A DNA stretch of 64,000 bases from Amphiscolops sp. MND2022 (taxonomy: Eukaryota). The position numbers and the translations under genes were made by a program. Location of the stretch: NCBI GenBank assembly GCA_964187785.1, contig OZ076409.1, forward strand, positions 90,460,001-90,524,000, written 5' to 3'. Shown in pieces: positions 13,536 through 26,976 of the stretch (position 1 is its first letter; the number at the start of each line of letters is the position of its first letter). The notes under the pieces were generated by a model that was not told the DNA's origin, did no database searches, and saw nothing but the letters and a program-made list of their open reading frames with translations.

Positions 13536-13543
13536 ATCTGAAG

Positions 13544-16526
13544 ATGGGCGATGAAGAAAAACCTGTTGTGACGGAAGAAGAAGAGGAAAAGTCACCCGGA
13601 TCGAAAAAGTATGAGAGAAAACTAATCCAACAGGCACATTTTCTTCCTGGGGACTTCAAGAGTTTCGTTGTCGACTCAACAAGAGCGTTTGATAACATAG
13701 TTAAGACTTTCCGTCAAGATGTACAAGACTTTCGCATCATCGCAGTCGACACAGAAACTGCTCTGACTGCCTCAGAGGGTTCGCGGAAAGCGATCGATTT
13801 GTTGCAAGTTGGAACTTTGAATGGTCACGTATTTCTTTTCAGGTTAGTTCTCTCCAAAACCTCAAAGAAGGCATGTTTTATTGTCTATATCATCAAGATT
13901 TTGCATGTTTCAGGCTGGGTATGATCAAAACATCGGAGATCAATTACCTACGGAACATTCTTGCCGACCAAACAATAAGGAAAATTGGGTCGCTTTTTCA
14001 AAACGATTACAGGAGACTCGCTAACGATTGGTCGATTTTCGTGCATAATTGGATTGACATACAGAATGTCGCTTTGAATTGTCTCGACAAGAGGTTGATT
14101 GGAGCAAAGACTCAAGGTCTCAAAAACATGTGCAAGGTTGAGTTTGTTGTGTTCATTCGGTATAAAACTCAAAGAACGCATGATTTTGTTTCGATCGCTT
14201 ACCTCGGAAATTGAAAGATTCGAAAGTTAGATGTGACGTTCAAAAGGGTTAATTCATTCCTGTGAGAATTGGCATTTCGCCGCACTGGCTCCGGAATGGA
14301 ATTTGCGCCAAAACTTTGCACGCGTGGTGTCTCTGGCTGCATTTCAGCTTGTATCAAAACATGCTAGGGCCCCTTTGACCCAATCTCGTCCCCAGTATTA
14401 TAAAGTGGCCTTACAAGAAAACAGGAAAAACGGAAATTTTGCGCTAATTTTGATTTTTTGGTCCCGTTTTTTTTATTTTGGAGACAAGTCAACAATCCGT
14501 GAAAATGCGTGCAATGTTATGTAATTTTGTCTGAAAATCTTATTCAAGAGTTGTCTTTACCATACGGTGGGCTGGTGCCTTCAGAAGTTTGCAGATCTTT
14601 AGTTGTGCAAATACGTACTACGATGCTAATTAGGGTTAAATGCCAATATTTACAAAAAAAGTACCCTTTTTATAACGTTCTCTTTTAACAATGTTCTAGT
14701 GAAACAGCAAGTTGCTTTTGATTGACCCCAATTGACGTGGACATTTTTGCAAATTTTCTAAAAGTTTGGTTGAAAATTTCAATGATTAATTTTTCCAAAA
14801 CTACGCATACGAAAGAAATGAACTATAGCGTGTTTGAAAGGTCTGATACTAGGCTGAGTTGGTGAGTTGATATTTTGGTGAGTTGAAAATTTTAGTTTCG
14901 TTTCACTATGGCGCCGTTTCGCTGCGTGGGGACTTTAATAACAGCATATATGTGATTTTATTGCACAAGGCACTTGGAGAAGTTGAAAAAAGGTAACTTG
15001 CTTCAAAGTCAGTGTATTGTACACGATATACGATTATACAAAAAGTTATATGAAATCCTCAATTTGTTATACGAAGATGCCATTATTATAAGGGTTATAC
15101 GGAGAAAGCTAACGGACTTGAGAAGTTTTTGGAAATAAAAAATTTTGTGATGAATATCAAATGAAATGCATCCTAAAATGGTAATGGGCAATATGGGATT
15201 CAAAAAGGCGCTATTGCAATACCCGATTTACGAAACCTTCGATTGTACGATTACACGTTATAATGGGAACTCAGTATACGACAATACACTGTTTAAAGTA
15301 TTGCCAGGTTTAATTGGGTTAATTTTCTTCTTTAGACTTTCACCGGTCTTGAAATGGAGCCTTTTGAGCCATACACACTGGGAAACTGGGCCGCCGAGGA
15401 GCTGAGTGACGCACAGATCAACTATGCTGCCAAAAATGTGATGGCTGTACTCGACATATTTTGCGCTATCTATGCAAACCGGTTAGAATTTCACTAAGCC
15501 AATTGTGATGGTCACCAAAAAGATCTTTAGACAAACTTTCAAGTTTCCAGAGAGCATCAAAGGATTGTAATAGCTCTAAATAGCAGGTTTTCTGCAAGTA
15601 ATTCCCAAATAAGACCACCGCTCACGTCTTAGGACGTGAATTTTTAGGCCTGACAATTTTCATGAGACGAAGTATATTAAGAAGGTAATTATTGAAATCA
15701 CTACATGGTCCAACTTGATCAATCAGCTGAAAAAATTTGTGAATACAATTAACCTGGGCTATAGAATCTTCGACAGTGAGACTTTGTAACCCCCAGGTGA
15801 TAAGACCGTCGACAACGAAATGCCTTCCTGTAGTAAATCCAAGACGGAAACGTCTGAAATTGACGCCTGCCTAAAAGAAATTTTTAAATATGCTTAGGGA
15901 TAGTTTTCAGAAAATTGTGAGAATCTTAAAAGCACCGGAATATCTGTCTGTTGCTTTTTGAAAACATCACGTAAACCAAAGTTGGTCATTTCAAGAAAAA
16001 ATTCGAAAAATTGCACATGCCAAAAAAATCAAAGGTGGTTGAAAAGAATGTTGAAAAGTTTCTAAGATTTCTGATTTTGTTATAAAAATTCGAAAAAACT
16101 CATATTGCTATCGACTATTCAACGACAAAATATGCAGTTTCTAACTTATGCAATATAGATTGTTGGATTTCCAAAAAAAATCGTTTTTGTACTGTGTTTT
16201 CTGAAAAAAAAACTATACTTAGAACCATATAGGTGTAGCCGATTTTGCTTCCATTATGAAGGAATGGTGATCCAAAAGTGGGGAATAAATGTCGTTTTTT
16301 TATGCTAGTTTTGACTAATTTCTTTAGTATCGGTCTCAATTGAACGCTAGCAACTCACGTGGAGCCGATTTTTGAGACGCTGTCTCATTGAAAAACATTT
16401 CATCAAAAGTGGCTTTTTTATGGGTTTCTTTACAGAATGAAAACCTCAGTATCAGTGGAAGACATAAAGAAACACGTAGCTTGGACTAAATTCTGTGGGA
16501 GTGCATTCTACTCGAGTTTGATATGA
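13544..16526 (+). CDS. DEDDy 3'-5' exonuclease-domain protein (EXD/WRN-exo/mut-7-like), paralog 1; exons 13544-13842, 13914-14136, 15336-15481, 16436-16526
   Basis: Motifs IAVDTET, LLQVGT..HVFLFR, IRKIG, WIDIQ, GLKNMCK and NWAAEELSDAQINYAAKN. All GT-AG junctions keep frame. Confidence 0.8.
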
Positions 16527-17843
16527 AATGTGTCTAGAGCAGGGAAGTCAATGCCAAATGTGACCCTTCCAAAATGCGGAAAGTGATTGGGGAATGAAAA
16601 CGTTCCTGATTCCACATCACAGCTCAGTGAGCTCATCACTGGAAATTCGCTTTGAATTCAATTGAACATTTTTGTTGCTGACTGTTGACTAGTTACTCGG
16701 AAATGTTTGCTAAAAGTCATTTCAGTGCAAAATGGATAAAACTCCTCGTTACTTTACAAATGTTTTTATCATTAGAATTAATGTTTAAATTGCAATAAAA
16801 TCTTTAAACTGGCTGGATGTACGTACCACCGTTTTATATTTATATCATTGAATTTGGTTCAAAATTTGCATCAAATCTAGCGTCTTCTTGGACAGCATGT
16901 CTTTGGAAGGGTTGTGTTTCATTCAGCCGACCATAGGTAACTGCATATTTGTTATAAATTGTCAGTTAAAGTTGACGATAACCTCGGAATTGTCTCCTCA
17001 TTTGTGCAGGTATTATGATACGATTTAATTTAATTGGATGTAATTTTTGTGGAACTGATCGAATCTACTTAATGTTTGATAGCGACATTAAATTAAACCC
17101 TTCCGCCCTATTTATTTGCAAGTTACTTTCGCTCTCTGCTGCTGCTGCTGTGCATTTATGATTCAAGCCGCAATGTCAGACAAGTCAGCTGAGTCTCATC
17201 CCAACAGCGAGCAAGCAAGCAGTCCAGTTGCTTCTTAATTTCATCGATGGAAACTACTAGTATTGTCTTTGAAGAGCCAAAAAGTCTTCTGTTAACTATT
17301 CTTGTTTTCTTTTCGAACATCTGAGTTTTAGCAGATGTTTTCACGCTTTCAAATTGATTTTAGCCACACTTGATTGCATAGAGTCAGTTGTATTCTATTT
17401 CAGTTGTCCTAAAGATGAAGGATCTTTTCTTGGAAATTATTTTCACATGAGAAAGACAATAATAATTCATCAAAGTTTCGGGAGAATTTTTGTCTTGCGA
17501 ATTTGAAACATTGTTTCTTTGAATACCCACAACTCGATGGATGCTTTTTATTTTACATGAATTGAATTAGGATTTATTTTTGGCACTGGTGCAGTTCTAA
17601 GTTTGGCTATAACTTTTATTTTATATTTGTGCGTAAGCTGGAATATTAAAACGCGGGCAGTCGACTTTATTTCCCGACCAGACGATCTTAGCAAAATGTT
17701 TTTCTTTCTTGGCTGTTTGTAGGGCTAACTTGACCCGTAAAATAATGCTCTTAGTATCATATACGAAGCACTTTTTTATCAATTCTGTCGATCATTTGGT
17801 TTATGAACACAATTTCTTTACTGAACTTTTTCAGATAAATTTC

Positions 17844-18686
17844 ATGAAAGGACGCAATCTCAACTTGAAGTCGCTGCTGACATCTTACAAACCAACCTCT
17901 GATGGCATAAATCTTGTTCTGTTCAACCTGAATATACCTTTGAAACCATTTTTTGTCTCTTTCGTCAACACATTAAACGACCTAGATTACAAATCTGTTG
18001 ATGCTTTCTTCTATTTCGACCTTCCGAATACAGACCCATCAATTTTTAGGAAAATTACATGGGGTCAAAATATTGAATCAACAATCGCTGAAAATGAAAA
18101 GCCAATTATCGCTTTAGCTGAATTATCTTCCATTTCTTTACATTTACCTTGTTTTTCTTTACTACAGTCTCTGAAGAAGTTGAAAAAGACAGTCATTTTA
18201 TTTGCAAACGAAGACGTATGTTCTACTGAAATACTTTCTCAGCTGAAGTACTCTTGTAAGACAGTTCTCAGTTTTGAATCGTCAACTTTTGGAGATCCTA
18301 ATAACATGAAATTAGAAGTGAAGAAGAGTTCTCATTCCGGTAAATCGACAACTGAATGGTATGAGGTTTCCGTGGACAACTTGAGGCTAAAACTGCGAGC
18401 ATACCAGAAGAAACCATTGTGCGAAACTAATGAAACTTCCACAGTTGAAGATACTATGGGCTCACTTTCGACATTCAAACTTTCGTTAACGGAATCAGAA
18501 CAACGTTCAAGGGCCAATGTAAAGCTTCCCTATTTTAAACATCAAAAAGTGCAAGTTGAAGAATCTTCTAAAACTTCGTCTGGCGCAGCAACAAGTGGCA
18601 ATGCAGATGGGGCCCAAATTATGTATGAAGCAGATATTGATGATGATTTTGATTACGAAGATCCTGATGATGATCTAGATATTTAA
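17844..18686 (+). CDS. ELP5: Elongator complex protein 5
   Basis: C-terminal TFKLSLTESEQRSRANVKLPY...IMYEADIDDDFDYEDPDDDLDI is the ELP5 signature. The first ATG after the TTTCAG acceptor is at 17844. Confidence 0.85.
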   Translation: MKGRNLNLKSLLTSYKPTSDGINLVLFNLNIPLKPFFVSFVNTLNDLDYKSVDAFFYFDLPNTDPSIFRKITWGQNIESTIAENEKPIIALAELSSISLHLPCFSLLQSLKKLKKTVILFANEDVCSTEILSQLKYSCKTVLSFESSTFGDPNNMKLEVKKSSHSGKSTTEWYEVSVDNLRLKLRAYQKKPLCETNETSTVEDTMGSLSTFKLSLTESEQRSRANVKLPYFKHQKVQVEESSKTSSGAATSGNADGAQIMYEADIDDDFDYEDPDDDLDI

Positions 18687-19326
18687 CGAAATTTTATTGA
18701 AAATGAATTTCAGTTTGTTCTTTTTTAGTCGGCGCTTTTTGTAACAAAAATTGCTCGACTCTTACAAAGGCAAGTTTTTTTAATGGTCCACTTTTTTTGT
18801 TCAATTTGTTCATCGTCACTGATTTCATATTGTGAAGCAAATCTAAATTGTATCTAGGATCATACTAGAAGGCTGGAAAGAAACAAAGGATCACCTTTTG
18901 AAGTTTTTCGGCGCTTTACGACTTTTTTCACTAAAATTCTTGAATTTTTCCAAAGGTTCCTTCTTCGGTTCTGATATTTTCGGTGAGAAAAAAGCCTCTT
19001 TTCAAACGTGAAGAGTGTTTTTCTGCACTGATATTTAGAATTCTCAAAAAATATCCTTCAGCTTCAGCATATTCAAAAGACTGCACTTTCGGAGCCTTAA
19101 GATGGGCGCCGACTTGAGACGTTCTCGTCTTGCTTTAAAGGACACTAATAGATCAATTGATGCTGAATTTTCTTTTCCGATTTTTGAGAATGCCGACTTG
19201 AGTGGATGAAATGCGGCTTCCGATGGTGGTTTGTGGTGCTTGGGGAAGATCTGCGTGCGCCACGTGTTTTTATAAGAGTTTCCGGGAATTGAGCGGCAGT
19301 AGCAGGTAGCTATTTGGATTTATTAA

Positions 19327-19857
19327 CCTTAAGTTGGCCAGGAAAATTCTTGTTCCATCCAAAAATCGGGTGCTTCAACTTTAAACCGCAATATCTCCTG
19401 AACTATTCAAGTCCGAAAAACGATTTATACAGCGTTCGAAAGAGGAGCACCAGGGCTTTCAAATCAATTTTTAAACTGCTGGGCTGGGGGCCCGCTTCGC
19501 CGCACTGGTTCCGGACTTTGCGCCAAAACTTTGCACGCGTCGTGTCTCTGCTTGCTTTTCAACATGTTTCAAAACATTCTGAGGCCGCTTTGACCCAATG
19601 TTGATACCAGTGGGTTACAAGGGTCAGAAACGAAAACTGGGAAAATGGAAAATCTGCAGTTATTTTTTTTTGATTTTTTTGTCTTATTTTCTGGATTTCG
19701 GAGACATCACGTCAATATTCCGTGAAAAGGCGCCGAATGCTATGCAATATTGTCTGAAAATCTTATTCTAGAGTTTGCTTTACCATACAATCAGCTGGTG
19801 CGTTGAGAATTTGCAGAAAATGAATGTGCCAAATTTGGCACATTGGCCAAGTTAAGG
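19327..19857. mobile_element. piggyBac-like MITE (TTAA TSD); related partial copy at ~14275-14636
   Basis: TTAA|CCTTAAGTTGGCCA...TGGCCAAGTTAAGG|TTAA. The internal sequence (CGCCGCACTGG...TTTGCGCCAAAACTTTGCACGCGT) is shared with the 14.3-kb copy. Confidence 0.75.
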
Positions 19858-20038
19858 TTAATTTTATTATGTACTTCTTGAAGTAGTTCGGTTTTAATCG
19901 TTTTAGTGCAGTAAACAGGAGTCGGTCTTTGAAAAACTTGGAATGGGTTAGTTATTGTTGATATAAGCTACTGAATTGACGGAGATGTGAGTTATGATAA
20001 TAGCCGAAATATTATAGGTGACGAAGGAATGCAATCAA

Positions 20039-20831
20039 ATGAGAGGAAAATGTATTTTTTCTTGCTGTGCAAACAAGTACAATTTGCATCTCATTCAGAA
20101 TGACGAAGATTTTGAATCGTCGTTCAAGTTTTTGGAGAAAAACGTAGGTTAGACAGTTTATCATTTTAAATTTAAAAATCTCTATTTGTATACCTTACTC
20201 TCTGCCGTTTCTAGAAAGAACCAGATTGTTTGCTTTCGACTGTGAAATGTTCGAAAAGAATACGAAAATAGCCTTACTTCAAATAGCAACGTTTGATGGA
20301 GCCGCTTATGTCATAGACGTCCGAAAAATCCACCAGGAAACGAACTTCACCAAAATCGGGAATCTTTTCAACGATACGACAATTGCCAAAATGGGCTCAG
20401 GTTGTAAGTATGATGCAACTCTGATGAACCAAGTGTTCGACTACAACGTACAGAATGTGTTTGAAATCAAGGATCTGGCTTCCGTTGTTTTGAGCCAGAA
20501 AGAGTATGAAGCACTTTTGGGAGCTAAGTCTGGGCTGAAATGGATGTGCCGCAATTTGATGGGGCTGAACTTCCGCGACTTGGATTGGTGGGAGTATGAA
20601 CAGTTTGCACAAGCAGTTATACCGTCAAAACTAATCAATTACGCTGCTTTGGATGTAGTCACTGTGATTGATCTCTATCTGAACTTGTTTTGCTACCATC
20701 ATAAAATTGACTTGGTAAAAAGTTCTGAAGAAGCCGACGCCCTATCCAGCCAATTTGGCAGTTTTAATGTCCAAAATTTCAGATTGCCCAGAGAAAAAGT
20801 TTTTTGTCTGACAAGTAATTTTAAATATTGA
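20039..20831 (+). CDS. DEDDy 3'-5' exonuclease-domain protein, paralog 2 (exons ~20039-20147, 20215-20831; start uncertain)
   Basis: Motifs FAFDCE, LLQIAT, IAKMG, YDA, GAKSGLKWMC and INYAALD. Similar to paralog 1 (GAKTQGLKNMC). Confidence 0.78.
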
Positions 20832-22603
20832 TTGGTTTGTGTTTATACTTCTTACTGTTAAAAGGAACTTCACTGTCAATCGATACTTGCGCTTTTCTTG
20901 CCTTATTCTGATTATTATTTTTTTCAAATTGCTGAATATAGTCTGAGCATTAAATTTCAAATTTTTCAAAAATGAGAAAATTTGATGGTCATAAATTGAA
21001 TGAAAGGGTCCAATGATATTCGTCTTGTTCTCCGTCATCCCATGAAATATCAATCCGTAATGCGGGAAATTACCTGATTTAACCTCGATCAGCCAGAATT
21101 TTCAAATGCTACCAATTTTCGAGTCAATGGAATTTCTTTGAAAAACGGGAATCGGAGAAGACTTTCTGAATACCTTTCCATATCAGCATGTAACGATACA
21201 AAAATGCGCTATATCCGGCTTACTGATCCTGCGATGGGCTGTGATGAAGGCGCACTCATTTTAAAGCTGTGGCTTTCCGTTTTTTCCCTTTTGAAATCCT
21301 GTCGAAGTGATCAAAATTCTTCTCTTAATGATTACAATCTGAAGCGTAACCGAGCGCTTAAGTATCCTCCTTTCGAACCCGCAGTTTTAAATGGTGCACG
21401 AAACTTAATGAGAGCGAATGGTCTACCTATGAGAGTTTTACACTGTCACTTGTTTTTCTTTTCCGAAAAATTCTTTTTTGGGTGTTTTCAGCTAGGAATT
21501 AGCCTTTTATGTGCCCTCACGTCCGTTGTTTCCAGGCCGTAGATTTTTTTGGTTTTGTTAGTTACGGCGCTGGAAGTAGTGACGCTAAAGATTGCAGGTG
21601 CAAGATCCGGTGTCGTCAAGTTTGTAAATCATGTCCACTAGTTGATTCTGTAGTTTCCTTTTAAAAATGTCGAATGGCCAATCAAATCGAATAACTTTTT
21701 CCGATTTTTCCGATTGAGTGATTCGCTAGTGATTCAACTGTTGCGACAGATCATTCTCAGTTATGCCAAAAAATTTGGCCCCGGTTGTTTCTTTTGATGA
21801 AATCTTTCTCCTATTGTTGTTGAAATATCGGTTAAAAGTATCCTTTTTGTACTCCAAATCGACCTTCAGCCTAAATCTTGAGAAAACGCTTTCCATCAAC
21901 TGTTTTACCAGCCTCTACTCGGAAATAGCGAAACCCGCCCTCTGTAGTTTTTCGTGACATGGAATCGTCGTCTTTTTGTGATGTTGAAATCCGGTTTATT
22001 GCGCTTTATTTCTGCACAGCTTCGTGTATCAGTTGCGACGCTGTTGATCTGTAATTTTATTTTTCTTGGTGAATCAAAGGCGTTTATAAACTGGTACATT
22101 GATTATAAACTTGTACTGATTGTTTGTGCGCTGTATAATGAATTAACAGGAGTGTATGGTTATATTATACATTTTGATTTTATCATTCTACTCTGAAGTT
22201 ATTTATTGTATCCTAAAGAAGAAATATTACTGTGCTCCGCAGGGGCCTATTCTAACTATACAACATTGCGCTATATCCGATTTAAGGACTTTACTGCTGA
22301 AATATTTTTTTAGGTCGAGCAAGGTTAATGATATTAAAGCTACTTCAGCTTTTTGTTTTTTTTTTCCATTTCTTTGATACCGTCGAAGGGACAAAAGTTC
22401 TCACTTTCTACGCCAAAGATCTGAAGCGCAACCAAACAGGCCCAAGTTTCCTCCTTGCTAGATTTAAAAATTGTTGATGCAAACATTTTCTTTGAATGTT
22501 TGAACGGATTTAATATTAATTTTTGTGGAGTTAGAATATTCTTTTTACGTATTTGAAAACTTTAAACTTCGCAACGCACAATTTATTTCAGAGTGAATTG
22601 AAA

Positions 22604-24366
22604 ATGAGTTTGGCATCGAAGCGTCCCACTGTAAGTACCCAGTTTTAACCAATACTTTGTCTTTTCCCATTAATGTGTGATGATTTTTTGGCAATGAAAA
22701 CGTTTTCTCTTCAAAATGAAATTTGTATAATCGTTTCGTTCGTCCAAGTTGTTCTTTACTGTAAGTTGAAAGGTGTAAACTTGTTAGGTCAATGTGTATG
22801 GCCTCGACGGTCAGAGGAAAGGCAGAACAGTGGCTTTACCTGATGTGTTCACGGCCCCAATCAGAACTGACGTCGTTGTCTCGGTACATGCTTTGATCTC
22901 GATGAACCACCGACAACCATACGCCGTCTCTGAGAAAGCTGGTCATCAGACTAGTGCAGAATCCTGGGGTACTGGTCGTGCCGTTGCTCGTATCCCAAGA
23001 GTTAGAGGGGGCGGTACCCACCGATCTGGTTAGTTGAGCAATTAGTTGTTAAGTGATACTTTTTTTAAATATCTTTCTTATTTTCTCTTTAAAAAAGGAC
23101 CGCGCGTACCGAAACCGCGTAGTGAATCAAACAAGGAGAGCGCGTCAGTGAAGGTGTACTTTAGATACTTTTTGTAAATACCAGCAAATAGAACCAACAA
23201 GTATCCTAGAAACCCCTTGCTTTTGACCGTTATGATAATGATTACAGTAACAAGTGCATATATTGATGTGTTTTAGGTCAAGCCGCTTACGGAAACATGT
23301 GCCGTGGGGGAAGAATGTTCGCTCCAACCCACACGTGGAGGAAATGGCACCACAGAGTTCCTCACAAGCAACGAAGGTTTGCTCTTGCGTCAGCTGTTGC
23401 CGCCACAGCCATTCCTGCTCTTGTCGAGGCTAAGGGTCATGCGATTTCAAAGATGTCTGAGATCCCAATGGTTATTGCCAACGAGATCGAAGGTATCACT
23501 AAGACCAAGGAAGCAGTTGCTATGCTGAAGAAAATCAACGCTTACGATGACGTTGAGAAGTCGATTGCAAGCAAGAGACTGCGAGGCACGAAGGGAAAGA
23601 TGAGAAACCGACGATGGAGGATGAAGCGGGGGCCCCTGGTCATCTACAAAAACGACAACGGAATCACCCGTGCTTTCCGCAACATCCCCAGCGTGAGCTT
23701 GATGTCCACGGACCATATGAATCTCTTGAAATTGGCTCCCGGTGGACATGTTGGCAGACTTGTTATCTGGTCCCAGGATGCTTTCGAACACATGAACAAG
23801 TTCTTTGGGAATTACAAGAACGCTCAGACTAAATTGCCTGTCTCAAAGATGCAGGTTAGTCATGTCTGCGAATTTGTATAAAGGCAGAGGGTATCAATTT
23901 GTTTTGGTTTTCGTTTTTTTTTCAATAGAATCAGCCCCTGTACCCGTGTAAATGTCGATGGAATTTTCAAACTTTTGTTGATTTTTGATGTGACCTCGTC
24001 TCAAGTTATGTCATCTGGTCTCTTTTTTAGACATCAGATGTACGAGCATTGATCAAGAACATCATGGTGAAGGGCGGAGTGAGGAAGCCCAAATTCATCC
24101 AGAAGAGAGCTGTCAAGAAGGTTAATCCGTTGAGGAACAGGAAGGTTATGATGAAACTGAACCCAGCTTTCGGCAAACTGAGAACAAAGCGAGTTGTGGA
24201 TAAGCAAAGGATTGTCAAGAAAGCCGCACCCGGATCTGCCATGTACGCAGCTTTGGAAGCCAGGGGTCTCATCAAAAAAGAAAAGCCTAAGAAACGAGAA
24301 GGAAAAGTGAAGGCTAATAAACAAGAAGTGAAGCCTCTGAAGAAGGGCAAAGTGGGAAAGAAGTAG
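22604..24366 (+). CDS. RPL4: 60S ribosomal protein L4 (uL4); exons 22604-22630, 22788-23028, 23277-23854, 24031-24366
   Basis: Conserved [47 protein letters not shown] and [12 protein letters not shown]. Introns are in frame. Confidence 0.97.
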
Positions 24367-25143
24367 AATACTCTACTTTTCTTCTGATTGATTGATCTGA
24401 AGTTCAAGAAATTTTGATCAATTCAATTTCCTTCAATCACATTTTTCCTATCTGAGAGTAGAAAACAAGTTATGTGAGTAGAATTGCCGTGATTGAAAAA
24501 CAGTTTTTTAACAAGCCATTTTTGGTCACAGTAGAAGCCATAACTTCTATAACTTCAATTCGTATTCTATTTGGCCTGGAGGTTTAAGTGAGTTTCTCTT
24601 CGCCGTTAGTTCGTCTGCGTTGTCGTGGCTTCGAATCCCGCGCTAGATGAAAATTTTAATGCTTTTTAGCAGAAACAGCGCTTTGCGAGCATAGAGATCC
24701 CTTGTGATTTTTTGGCACTGTGTGACTTACCGCAGAATTTTAAAAAATTGTATTCCATTTTTTTGGTTTTTTGTTTTCTGTTGAGCAAAACCCTTTTCCG
24801 AGTTTTGAGGCTGATCTCTGTTTTTTTTTGGCCCTATGAGACTGATGAGAGTTCTCTCAGAAATTGTGGAGAAGTCCTACGGTTTTCGCTGTGTGTGCCA
24901 TTTTACGAAATTTCTGTCGTTTTTGGCTTCACACTTCTATGGTTGGTAGTTTTTGGTCTCTTCCAAAGACCTGTTCCCGTCTCTGAGAAAACTTGATTTC
25001 AGCGGGATTCTTTTTTCCAACAGTTTGTCTTAACTACAATACTGATATTGCTGGAAAATGCATCAATTGGTGTAGTGGTTACTCTCTACTCTGGGCTGAA
25101 AAGCGAGAGCACCTGGGTTTGAATCCCGCGCTCATCAACCACA

Positions 25144-25629
25144 TTTTTAGTGGACGCATTTTAGTAGAAAATGAGCCCGACTCTTACAGTAGGTTTTTTT
25201 AGACGCGTACGGTCCATTTTTTCGTTCATTTGTTCAACAACATCAACTTGAACTACGGACGTCCAAAACATACTCGAAACGCCAGAACCTCGTCCAAAAC
25301 AAAAACATCGACGTCCAGAACCTCGAAAACATACTAAGGATCCCCCTTTGGTGTTTTTCACTCGGATTTTTTTCGGCACTATGTGACTTTTTTGAAATTT
25401 TTTGGATTGCACCAAAGGGTCTCCCCTTCGTTTGTTTCGATATTTTGCAACACAATGGATGTCAAAAAATCCCAAAGGGCTCCCTTTTACATTTTCGGCA
25501 CTGTGACACTGTTCAAAAATCTCATTTTTACATTTTTTTTCGGAAATTTTCAAAAATCTCCCAAGGGTCCCCCCTTTTACACTTTTGAGCCTTAGATGTA
25601 GCGCCGACTTTGGCCGTTCCCGGCTTGTT
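25144..25629 (+). mobile_element. Helentron/HINE-like non-autonomous element
   Basis: 5' TTTTTAGTGGACGCATTTTAGTAGAAAATGAGCCCGACT; 3' GCGCCGACTTTGGCCGTTCCCGGCTTGTT. Highly similar to 34521-35170 and 63671-64000. Confidence 0.7.
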
Positions 25630-26661
25630 TTGATTTGCAATGGTAGAGGGAGACCAAAGGGTCCGCTCTGTTTTTTTGGCACTGCAATTTTTCATTTCTT
25701 CTTTTTCACTAGGGGAGCTGTACCATTTTCGTTTAAGAAAATTTGTTCCACCAAAGGGTTTCCGTTTCAATTTTCGTCTGTTTTCTGTTCGAAAATAGTT
25801 TTTGAGAGGAAAAATTTATCTTTTCGTCTTTTTGACTACGTACAATTTTTTGACTTTGTTCTTCAATTAGCCCCCAGGTCCGGAGTTTCCATCTAACCAG
25901 TGTCGAACGTCTGCATCTTTTCAATTTGAACGTTTTTAAATTCATCTGTTCGATTTTACGTTTTGTCAGAAAGAGTGTGCCGTTCTACTCTTCACTACTT
26001 TACTTTTCATTACTTTTTTTCGGTTGTAACATAAGGATGAAAATGTGCCCAATCCGAAATTTTAACGTTGATCTCGAATTTTATTGGATCTTGAAAAGAG
26101 ATGGAGGAATATATAGATGATTGATAGTTATGTTTCTTTGCTATTCATTATACCCGATGCTGAACAAGTGGCTCAATTTTGAACCGAGCGCAATCACACT
26201 AAAGATTCAAGACAGGTTTTTTATCCAAGTCAGCCTGTTTTGAAAAACCGAAAGATCGAAACTCACTCCTTCACTGCTATCACTTGGGCACTGGGATTCA
26301 CTCTTTGAAGCAAATATATGCGTGATAGTGTCAATGACTACTTCATGAATTCAAATTTAACACCCCCCCCGTAATGTACCGATCGCTTGAGGCCCCTTTG
26401 TCTTATAGGTCAACAAAAGGAAACTAATAAAGTGACTCCATATTTACGTCCTCGAGCTAAGTGAATCGTGTAGTGCGATACGTTGACACTTTTAGTGCTC
26501 ACGAAGTCAGGAAAATGCTACTACTGTGTGAAATTTATAGTCTACTTCCAAAGACCAAAGTAAGAGTGAGGTACTGAAAACAGTTAGGGGCTTGATTAAG
26601 ATGTCTATCTCGATCTATTCAATGTTATATGTCATTAATAAATGAATCATTTTCAGAAGTC

Positions 26662-26976
26662 ATGGTCAACGTTCCGAAAGCGAGACGAACCTACTGCCCT
26701 TCGTGCAAGGAGCACAGACCGTTCAAGGTGACTCAGTATAAGAAGGGCAAAGATTCGCTGTTGGCTCAAGGCAAGAGGAGATACGATCGCAAGCAACGTG
26801 GATTTGGTGGCCAGTCCAAACCCATTTTTCGCAAGAAGGCCAAGACCACCAAAAAGATTGTGCTGAAGTTGCAGTGCTCCAAGTGCAAGAAGTACATGCA
26901 GAAGCCTATCAAGAGATGCAAGCACTTCGAATTGGGTGGTGACAGAAAGAAGAAGGGACAAATGATCATGTATTAA
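26662..26976 (+). CDS. RPL36A: 60S ribosomal protein L36a/L44 (eL42)
   Basis: [12 protein letters not shown]...[30 protein letters not shown]...RCKHFELGG. Intronless CDS. Confidence 0.97.
   Translation: MVNVPKARRTYCPSCKEHRPFKVTQYKKGKDSLLAQGKRRYDRKQRGFGGQSKPIFRKKAKTTKKIVLKLQCSKCKKYMQKPIKRCKHFELGGDRKKKGQMIMY

Noticed and set aside
13284..13637. 117-aa minus-strand ORF with repeated peptide; CRISPR-like appearance of the array
   Set aside because: The ORF is a by-product of a 60-bp tandem repeat. There are no unique spacers or cas genes, and the context is eukaryotic.
21000..22100. Coding-like decayed sequence on the minus strand (SHSFKMSA reminiscent of a tyrosine recombinase motif)
   Set aside because: Multiple stops and only one weak motif; it cannot be assigned without a translated homology search.
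22631..24030. Possible intronic snoRNAs in RPL4 (GTGATGA at ~22677)
   Set aside because: No matching D box with a terminal stem and no convincing H/ACA structure could be identified by eye.
25061..25135. tRNA-like segment (TGGTGTAGTGG...GGTTTGAATCCC)
   Set aside because: A/B-box-like motifs are present but there is no coherent cloverleaf. It is probably a degenerate tRNA-derived repeat, not a tRNA gene.
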